From Nitrosopumilaceae archaeon (lineage in GTDB: Archaea > Thermoproteota > Nitrososphaeria > Nitrososphaerales > Nitrosopumilaceae), in NCBI GenBank assembly GCA_052389415.1, contig JBQTHX010000077.1, positions 1-33,122 of the forward strand: 33,122 bases of DNA. Direction: 5' to 3'. The notes under the pieces are model-generated. The model did no database searches. It worked only from the letters and a program-made list of their open reading frames with translations, and was not told the origin of the DNA. Within the stretch, counting starts at the first letter, position 1. Every line of letters starts with the position of its first letter. Positions 19,204 to 25,644 of the stretch are shown here, piece after piece. The position numbers and the translations under genes are program-made.

Positions 19204-19814
19204 TCACGAAATATTTCGGAGTTGAAGAAAGGAGCAAAATGTTTTCAATCTGATATTTAACTATGGTGAATTGCGACATATGTCGCAATTGCAGAATGAG
19301 ATGCTAAAGAATGCCAGAATCTTTTTAATGTATTATTTAAAGATGATGAAATGCGCAACGTTGCGCATTTAATAGACGAGGATTTGGAAGATGCAAAAAG
19401 AATGCAGACATTTACAATCTATTATTTAAGAATGCCGAAATTAGCAATGTTGATGATTTCATAAAGCAAGATCTAGAAGAGGTCAAAAATTATGAGGACT
19501 TGATTAACCTCGCTGAGAACCTAAACGATGACCGAGAAAAGATTTGTGTCCTCTAAAAAAACTGAGAATTTTAAGGTGGAACTATTTAACTCTAGCGAAA
19601 TCGGTACTACTACCGAATTAGAGGATGACTTTGTCAATCAAGGAAAAGACTGGCTGGATGAGATAGAACTCGCTGAAACATTTTTGAATAGAAGAAAGGA
19701 ACGAAATCCTTTCAATCTGCTATTTAACTATGGTGAAATCAGGACTATTCCAGTTTTGCAAAACCTTATCAATCTAATATATAAAGAAGATGAAATCACA
19801 AAAGTTTGCGAATT
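19150..19814 (+). repeat. Array of seven TATA-like box + 22-bp palindrome units
   Basis: Palindromes at 19165, 19269, 19349 (perfect) and 19438, 19598, 19736, 19793 (8-9 of 11 pairs), each 8 nt after TATTTAA/TATATAA/TATAAAA. Confidence 0.9.
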
Positions 19815-19860
19815 GATAAATGAGATGTTTGCAGATGCCTACAATTATTACAATAACTGA
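19528..19860 (+). CDS. Hypothetical 110-aa acidic protein containing array units 5-7 in frame
   Basis: Repeated LF/Y-x3-EI motif (ELFNSSEI, NLLFNYGEI, NLIYKEDEI). Confidence 0.5.
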   Translation: MTEKRFVSSKKTENFKVELFNSSEIGTTTELEDDFVNQGKDWLDEIELAETFLNRRKERNPFNLLFNYGEIRTIPVLQNLINLIYKEDEITKVCELINEMFADAYNYYNN

Positions 19861-19916
19861 GTAATAAACACTGGAAAATAGTTCTCTTAACCTAGTTAAA
19901 TTATTCAACTAACGAG

Positions 19917-20057
19917 ATGTCATCAACTACCTTGAAGCATATTGTTGTGTCTGAGGAAAACTTCAACAAACTTAAGAATCTTGGTAAAGCAGGAGATTCC
20001 TTTAATGATGTCATTTCTAAAGTTTTGAAGAAACTTGAGGGATTAAATCAGAAATGA
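19917..20057 (+). CDS. 46-aa ribbon-helix-helix/antitoxin-like DNA-binding protein (absent from ORF track)
   Basis: MSSTTLKHIVVSEENFNKLKNLGKAGDSFNDVISKVLKKLEGLNQK; typical archaeal RHH pattern I.VS....L......SFNDVI..L. Confidence 0.8.
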   Translation: MSSTTLKHIVVSEENFNKLKNLGKAGDSFNDVISKVLKKLEGLNQK

Positions 20058-20221
20058 ATTCATCCATGACTACTTTTGCGTGTAGATGTACTGCTCCAAA
20101 AAAACATCGGCTTATCTTGGATGGAGGATCTACTGGTTTCTACTGCTTGGATCTCTGTCCATCTTGTTATGAAAAAGAGGAAAAGAAGTTCCTGATTTCA
20201 GAAGAAGAGTTGGTAAACTAA
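20054..20221 (+). CDS. 55-aa cysteine-rich putative Zn-binding protein (absent from ORF track)
   Basis: MNSSMTTFACRCTAPKKHRLILDGGSTGFYCLDLCPSCYEKEEKKFLISEEELVN; ATGA overlap with the RHH gene. Confidence 0.65.
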   Translation: MNSSMTTFACRCTAPKKHRLILDGGSTGFYCLDLCPSCYEKEEKKFLISEEELVN

Positions 20222-20228
20222 ATGATGG

Positions 20229-20348
20229 ATTCTACTCTACTTTACTTTTTACAGAATATTATCTTCCTATCAAGTTACCTCTTTACTTACTTTCTTTTAA
20301 AATTATTTTTTATTATAACAATTAGTAAAAAGTGGAGTAGAGTAGAAT
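20229..20348. repeat. 24-bp inverted repeat around an AT-rich spacer (candidate origin or operator)
   Basis: ATTCTACTCTACTTTACTTTTTAC (20229-20252) vs GTAAAAAGTGGAGTAGAGTAGAAT (20325-20348), 22 of 24 complementary. Confidence 0.8.
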
Positions 20349-20604
20349 GAAAAGAAGCATGTCAAAGGCTTTAGATAAGATATATCGACTCGTTAAGGAA
20401 AAGAAAATAGTTGATATCGTAACTTTTTGCGATTTACTAAATCTGTCGCCATCAACCTTCTATAACTATCGTAGGTTTGTTACTACTAGATATGAAAACA
20501 TAATCTATGAAAATGGATGTTTGAAATGGCTTGAGTCTGAGGCTCTTGAAACAGGAAATAATACTGAATCAAAAAATGCAGTAAAACTGCAAGAAGAGGC
20601 ATAA
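20347..20604 (+). CDS. HTH/winged-helix DNA-binding protein
   Basis: IVTFCDLLNLSPSTFYNYRR helix-turn-helix signature followed by a beta hairpin. Confidence 0.7.
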   Translation: MKRSMSKALDKIYRLVKEKKIVDIVTFCDLLNLSPSTFYNYRRFVTTRYENIIYENGCLKWLESEALETGNNTESKNAVKLQEEA

Positions 20605-20704
20605 ATAATGAGAACAAAAAATAAACATCATCTTATTGCAAAATTGAAAAAGCCTAATTTGTGCCTAGGAATGAGACAATGGAATCCCTTTTTGGAGCAT
20701 AACT

Positions 20705-20947
20705 ATGCCAACTAGTTGGAAAAATCGTTCTACATATGGAAAATTACTTCGCAGGATAATTATAAAACAAGCAGAGAGATTTGAAAAAACTACCAATGAT
20801 GAAGACGCCGTTAAAATTTCTATGAACATAGGATATCTTGTCGATAAACTAAACAATTTGTTAAAACAAGAAGAATCAAAATTAGTAGAAAGAATCGAAC
20901 AACTTGAAGAGATCTCAGGCATCACAAAAAAAGGTAATAATAATTGA
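20705..20947 (+). CDS. Hypothetical helical/coiled-coil protein
   Basis: 80 aa, LVERIEQLEE coiled coil, overlaps the next ORF. Confidence 0.6.
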   Translation: MPTSWKNRSTYGKLLRRIIIKQAERFEKTTNDEDAVKISMNIGYLVDKLNNLLKQEESKLVERIEQLEEISGITKKGNNN

Positions 20948-21369
20948 ATCTAGAGGAAAGAATTTCCAACATTAGATTTCAACACGAGGAAGATGAATCC
21001 ATTTCTGAAGAGTTAGTAAAAGAAATAATCAGAAAATTGATTTTTGAGCACTCTCTCAGGTTAATACCTGATATTCTTACCTATTGTATCATCAAACACA
21101 CCAAGTGTGATTATCATCATGCCTTGGCAATAAAGAAAAAAATGTCTGATCTTGGGATGGATGTTTGCATGGAATTCGATTATTATTCAATAGAAAAATT
21201 CGCAGAAATGCGTGATTACGTCACCGGGGAGGAATTAGAAAAAGTGTATAAGGAAATCGATGATGAAGAGAAGAAACAGAAAGAAATAGAACGATATTTT
21301 GAAGAAAAATATGGCGAAAACTGGTCAGATGAAGTTTGGGATGAATATCATGCAGCCGGCGGAATATGA
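20944..21369 (+). CDS. Hypothetical acidic protein
   Basis: 141-aa ORF in an operon-like arrangement. Confidence 0.6.
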   Translation: MNLEERISNIRFQHEEDESISEELVKEIIRKLIFEHSLRLIPDILTYCIIKHTKCDYHHALAIKKKMSDLGMDVCMEFDYYSIEKFAEMRDYVTGEELEKVYKEIDDEEKKQKEIERYFEEKYGENWSDEVWDEYHAAGGI

Positions 21370-21631
21370 TGTAGACCAAGAACTTGAATTAGATTCACAG
21401 TATACCAGCATGCCTAAAAAGTGCAAAAGTCAGCCACAATTTAATTTTGCACACCTGTCACCCTCTGTAATTCCAAATTTCGATAGGGGATCCTTCAAAA
21501 AAAGTGTACAGTTTAATTTGAAAATTTATATGCATGAGATCTACTATCTACGCATGATGCTTGACTCTTGCTGTGAATGCTGGGTAAGGCTGGCAAAAGC
21601 TTATAAATAGTCTTATGTTAGCATAAGTAGA

Positions 21632-22285
21632 ATGACATTATCGCTAGACGTTCGTAAAGGACACACCATGAGTATGGCTGTACCAAAGGATGACATAGAA
21701 ATTACAAATTTCAGAAATTATGTCTTGAAGATAGAAGGTCAGGAATTAACATCAAGAAACAGTCAGGACAAAAAACTTATGCTAAAAGTAGGAAGGGATG
21801 GAGTACTTTACCTGGAACTGATTGGCTCCGGCAAAAAACCAGTTGAAGATTTTTCTATGATATATGCCTCTGTACCAAACGGTTATACGAAATATCATAA
21901 AACTGAGGCTGCAAAAACCATCAGAGGAGTAAAGGGAAAATATCTTTATTTCAAAAATGGAGAGGATGATTTTATTGGATTTGCTGTTGGTCCTAGTGGC
22001 AAGGCGTATAAAATTGCTTTAGGAAAACTAACTGATAAAGAATCAAAATTAAGAACTGTCCTGGACAATCTTCCAGATAAACCATTTATCAAGGCATACT
22101 TCAATGACAAACTTCCATTCCATATCGTAGAAAATCGTCAACCAATCAAGGCAGCGTTAGACATCCTTGAAAAACTAGGCTACGTGAAAAAAACAGGAAA
22201 TGCTATTGGAATTTCAGAAGAATATTTCAAAACATCAAAAGTACCGCCAAAAGCGACATCTCAAATGAAACTAGCGAGAGGATAA
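21632..22285 (+). CDS. Hypothetical basic protein, possible C-terminal winged helix
   Basis: 217 aa, Lys-rich; 'KAALDILEKLGYVKK' resembles a wHTH recognition helix and wing. Confidence 0.65.
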   Translation: MTLSLDVRKGHTMSMAVPKDDIEITNFRNYVLKIEGQELTSRNSQDKKLMLKVGRDGVLYLELIGSGKKPVEDFSMIYASVPNGYTKYHKTEAAKTIRGVKGKYLYFKNGEDDFIGFAVGPSGKAYKIALGKLTDKESKLRTVLDNLPDKPFIKAYFNDKLPFHIVENRQPIKAALDILEKLGYVKKTGNAIGISEEYFKTSKVPPKATSQMKLARG

Positions 22286-22377
22286 GTAGTAACAAGAAAG
22301 GAAAGCGGATGAGAGTATGACCGTGGAGCAGGCGCTGCTCGCAATCATCATGCTAATCCCTTGTAATTACTACTTAT
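22282..22377. other. Long multi-stem hairpin between convergent genes
   Basis: ATAAGTAGTAA/TTACTACTTAT, CAAG/CTTG, GGAT/ATCC, AGTATGA/TCATGCT and GAGCAG/CTGCTC nested pairings. Confidence 0.6.
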
Positions 22378-22419
22378 ATCCTCATTCATTGTTTATTTGT
22401 CTTTTCTTGTTAAGAATAC

Positions 22420-23349
22420 TCACTTATAGTCGGCAATTTTTTTATCACTCCAAGTAGGAATTTTTTTCCATCTTGGAATTTCATTATCCTCATCAAATTC
22501 TAAAGTGAGAGACTCGTGTCTGATATTAAGTGGCTCTTTTAATCGCTTTTTTGCAAGGAGCACATACTTTTGTTGAATATCAATACCAATGAATTTTCTT
22601 CCTAGGTGTTTGGCCAGTTTTGTGGTTTGTCCACTACCATTGAAAGGATCCAACACAACATCACCAGGATATGAATACAAGTTAATTAATCGATATGGAA
22701 TTTCTTCTGGATACGGACATGGATGGTCTAGATATCCTGGTGGCACTGGTGCAATATGCCAGACAGAATTTGCAATTTCGTTATAGAGTTTTACGTTTAG
22801 ATTTTTGAAAGCGTAACCCATATCTCTTCTAAGTTTATTTCCTCCTTTTCTAAAGACAAGAATTTTTTCATGCATGATGTTTGCACGGAAATATGATGGA
22901 TAGGGATGTTGTACAAAACTTCCTGCTCTATTAGCACCACCAGTGACTTTGTGCCACACTATTTCTTCATGCAAGTTCCAACCATCTTCTACTAATTCTC
23001 TAGTTAACAACGCTGGTAGAGGTATCAATGTTCCATGATTGATTTCATTTGCAACAACTATACAACAAAAACCACCTTCAACTGTGATTCGTCTCACTTC
23101 ATTGAAAGTTCTTCTCATATCTTTTAGATATTCTTCAACTCCAATCTCTAACTTACCACGATAATTCTTTTTTGGATTGTTGCCATGTTTAACATGCATA
23201 TCATAATCTATGGCATTTCGATAATGTGGAGAAGTAATAGTCAGATTTACTGAATTATCTGGTATCTTTGACATTGCCCTGATGTTGTCAGACTTTATGA
23301 TTTGATTGCGAAGTCTGCTTGCCAAACTAGCAATCACTTTTGGATCCAT
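22420..23349 (-). CDS. Beta-class N4-cytosine/N6-adenine DNA methyltransferase
   Basis: Motif IV TSPHY near the N-terminus, IVWHK, HPCPYP, motif I VLDPFNGSGQT, GRKFIGID. Confidence 0.92.
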   Translation of the reverse strand: MDPKVIASLASRLRNQIIKSDNIRAMSKIPDNSVNLTITSPHYRNAIDYDMHVKHGNNPKKNYRGKLEIGVEEYLKDMRRTFNEVRRITVEGGFCCIVVANEINHGTLIPLPALLTRELVEDGWNLHEEIVWHKVTGGANRAGSFVQHPYPSYFRANIMHEKILVFRKGGNKLRRDMGYAFKNLNVKLYNEIANSVWHIAPVPPGYLDHPCPYPEEIPYRLINLYSYPGDVVLDPFNGSGQTTKLAKHLGRKFIGIDIQQKYVLLAKKRLKEPLNIRHESLTLEFDEDNEIPRWKKIPTWSDKKIADYK

Positions 23350-23440
23350 GCATTTAACTCTTGCTTGTTAAATTAAAAAATAATATTGAGCAATGGATAA
23401 ATGAAATATGAAAATTCAAAGAGGTTGATACGAAGACTTC

Positions 23441-24358
23441 TCAAACAGTAATGGCGCCACAGGATAGGTTTCCCCTTATTTTGCTTACTCTTATCCAGAT
23501 AAAACCATCAAAATCATTTAACACCACCTGATGATTCCTCACTAGTACATCTGTTCTCGGATCATTAACTATAGCAGATGTATTCTTCAAATCATCAACA
23601 ATGGCCTCAGGAAAATCCTTTAATTCTTTAATTAATTTCGTACTTACAAAAAATTCAAAATTCAGATAATGTGGCTCAGCCGGGTCATCATCAAGATGAA
23701 TAACTGGAAATCTAGAATTATCTCGAGCGTCTTTTATTATTTTGTATCTCCTTTGCAAATCCGGTAAATTTGCTCCACTAAAACGTATTTCTTGTGTTTT
23801 AGGCATAAGTTCTAACCTGCTTGTAGATTCTACTCCAAAAGTAAACCATCTAAATAATGAATTATTAATTTTTCTTGTATTTCTCTTACCATATTTTATT
23901 CCTTGGGTATCTTTTTCTGCTAAGGTGATATGCCATATTCTCCAATTTTCTTCTAGAGAATAATGATCAGAATTGAGGAGAATTCCATTTTCAAGTGGAT
24001 TGCTACCATCGGGTGCAATTGTAACTCTTCTATCAACTAAACCAGGAAAGAAAATGAGACGCTTTCCTGTATATGCAAAAGAACCCAAAACAAAAAATTC
24101 GTTTCTTTCTTTATAGAAGACATAAGCGATTTTTCCAATAGGTTTTCCATCCCGAATTATCTTTCTTAGAGGTCGTACTAATGCAGAATCTTCTGAAATA
24201 CTATCTCCGCTGCCAACTGGAAAACAATAGTATATGGGCATGTTTGGTCTGCCATTTTCATCAATTAGAGGATCAAGAGGCAAGAAGTATGCCTTGCCTA
24301 ATTCTCCACATTCGATTTCATGTGCAGTGGAACCGTCATTGATTATGTTGTTCTTCAT
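23441..24358 (-). CDS. Hypothetical protein (element cargo)
   Basis: 305-aa ORF, no recognised motif. Confidence 0.7.
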   Translation of the reverse strand: MKNNIINDGSTAHEIECGELGKAYFLPLDPLIDENGRPNMPIYYCFPVGSGDSISEDSALVRPLRKIIRDGKPIGKIAYVFYKERNEFFVLGSFAYTGKRLIFFPGLVDRRVTIAPDGSNPLENGILLNSDHYSLEENWRIWHITLAEKDTQGIKYGKRNTRKINNSLFRWFTFGVESTSRLELMPKTQEIRFSGANLPDLQRRYKIIKDARDNSRFPVIHLDDDPAEPHYLNFEFFVSTKLIKELKDFPEAIVDDLKNTSAIVNDPRTDVLVRNHQVVLNDFDGFIWIRVSKIRGNLSCGAITV

Positions 24359-24473
24359 TTGGGTCGTTTCTTACCTCTAGAGTTTCAGACCAATGATATA
24401 AAAACAGAAAGGAGGCAAAACTGAGGTAACAAAATAGATTAGAGCGAGTAAATGATAATTTCACTGATTCCAA

Positions 24474-25577
24474 ATGGGTTTAATTAAAGAAAATATGTAC
24501 ACCGTTGCTTCTGCGACTACTGACTTATCTGTGAATGAGGCATTTATGATTTGTAAGGATGTTTGCGAAAAAATTAAAGAAGCAAAAGTCAATGAGATAG
24601 ATGAAAACAAATTTTTGATAAAGGGAAAGTCAAAACCTAGCATACATTCGTTTGTTGGTCATAAATTTATTTTAGTAGTAACTAAGACAGAAAATGGTAG
24701 TAACATTCTGGTTTATTACAATTATTTGGGTCTTGGTGCAGGGCCAACCCCAGCGAGAGCGGACTTCATCGATCCATTATTCAATGAACTTGGTAAGAGA
24801 GTACAACTGAAGGGAATACAAACGGCGACGCAATTAATTCATGATTATTTCTTTGATAACTTGACTGGTCAAATAAAAATGGACGAAATAGATCAAAAAT
24901 TTCATTGCACAATATGTGGTAAAAATGCAGCATTCGTACAATTCCAGAAGGTTACTATATGCAATTCTTGTTTTGAAGAAAAATTTGGATCAGTGCGTTT
25001 GCGTGTAACGGGTGCTGAATATCATGGGGGTCATAAGGCATATCTAGCAGGAGGATATTTCAGTAAATTTCAATTGGGTACAATATACCTGACTGACAAC
25101 TATCTCATATTCTCAAAAGGTGACAAAGAATCCTCTCAACGCTGGGAAATAATAATCCCGTTAAGTTCGATCGTCATAGAAAAATGGGGGATAGAAGAGG
25201 AATCAAGACGAAAAGATATTTCTGGTGGTGCCGTGGCTTTAGGGGACAGTGGTGTAGCAATAGGAGGAGGAACTATACATGATTCTGGAAAAGCGCATCA
25301 TGTTGTTGTTCCATATATTGATGAGAACGGTATACCTCAAGAACCCAGGTTTGGAGCATCGTCTCTTGGTGGAAAAGTTATTCGAGAACTTTCTGCAAAG
25401 TTATACGAATTGATTGTAAAATCTAAGAAAAATAATATTCAGAATGTTAACATTAAACAACAAACTGACACACCCAAAACAAAAGAAGATGATCCTATGT
25501 TGGTTCTAAAGATGAGACTGGTTAAAGGTGAGATTACTAAGGAAGAATTTGAAGACCTAAAAAAGATGCTAGAATGA
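24474..25577 (+). CDS. Multidomain protein: Zn ribbon, PH/GRAM-like domain and C-terminal SHOCT
   Basis: CTICGK...ICNSC; YHGGH...GTIYLTDNYLIF...IIIPLSSI; DDPMLVLKMRLVKGEITKEEFEDLKKML. Confidence 0.75.
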   Translation: MGLIKENMYTVASATTDLSVNEAFMICKDVCEKIKEAKVNEIDENKFLIKGKSKPSIHSFVGHKFILVVTKTENGSNILVYYNYLGLGAGPTPARADFIDPLFNELGKRVQLKGIQTATQLIHDYFFDNLTGQIKMDEIDQKFHCTICGKNAAFVQFQKVTICNSCFEEKFGSVRLRVTGAEYHGGHKAYLAGGYFSKFQLGTIYLTDNYLIFSKGDKESSQRWEIIIPLSSIVIEKWGIEEESRRKDISGGAVALGDSGVAIGGGTIHDSGKAHHVVVPYIDENGIPQEPRFGASSLGGKVIRELSAKLYELIVKSKKNNIQNVNIKQQTDTPKTKEDDPMLVLKMRLVKGEITKEEFEDLKKMLE

Positions 25578-25622
25578 TGCATTTAGGAACAAATTAAAAA
25601 ATTATGGAATGTTTTTAAGGTA

Positions 25623-25635
25623 CAAAATATAAGTT
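25623..25635. repeat. Right att core
   Basis: CAAAATATAAGTT, 9 nt from the serS stop codon. Confidence 0.85.
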
Positions 25636-25644
25636 GTACGACTT

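Larger units (their letters stand above)
17964..25635. mobile_element. Integrated tyrosine-integrase element (~7.7 kb, cryptic integrated element type)
   Basis: Perfect 13-bp direct repeat CAAAATATAAGTT at 17964-17976 and 25623-25635; integrase at the left end; cargo of hypothetical, HTH/RHH and MTase genes; interrupts the serS-rps3ae run. Confidence 0.9.

Noticed and set aside
19150-19814. CRISPR array interpretation of the repeats
   Set aside because: No identical direct repeats, irregular spacing (57-160 nt), the palindromic part is the variable part, and no cas genes are in the window.
19224-19860. Diversity-generating retroelement TR/VR pair
   Set aside because: No reverse transcriptase in the element, and differences between copies are not adenine-specific.
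21299-21610. 103-aa ORF as a real gene
   Set aside because: Overlaps the upstream gene by about 70 nt and has no motifs; uncertain, so not called.
17964-25635. Provirus, casposon or conjugative element
   Set aside because: No recognisable capsid, terminase, Cas1/PolB, VirB4 or relaxase genes.
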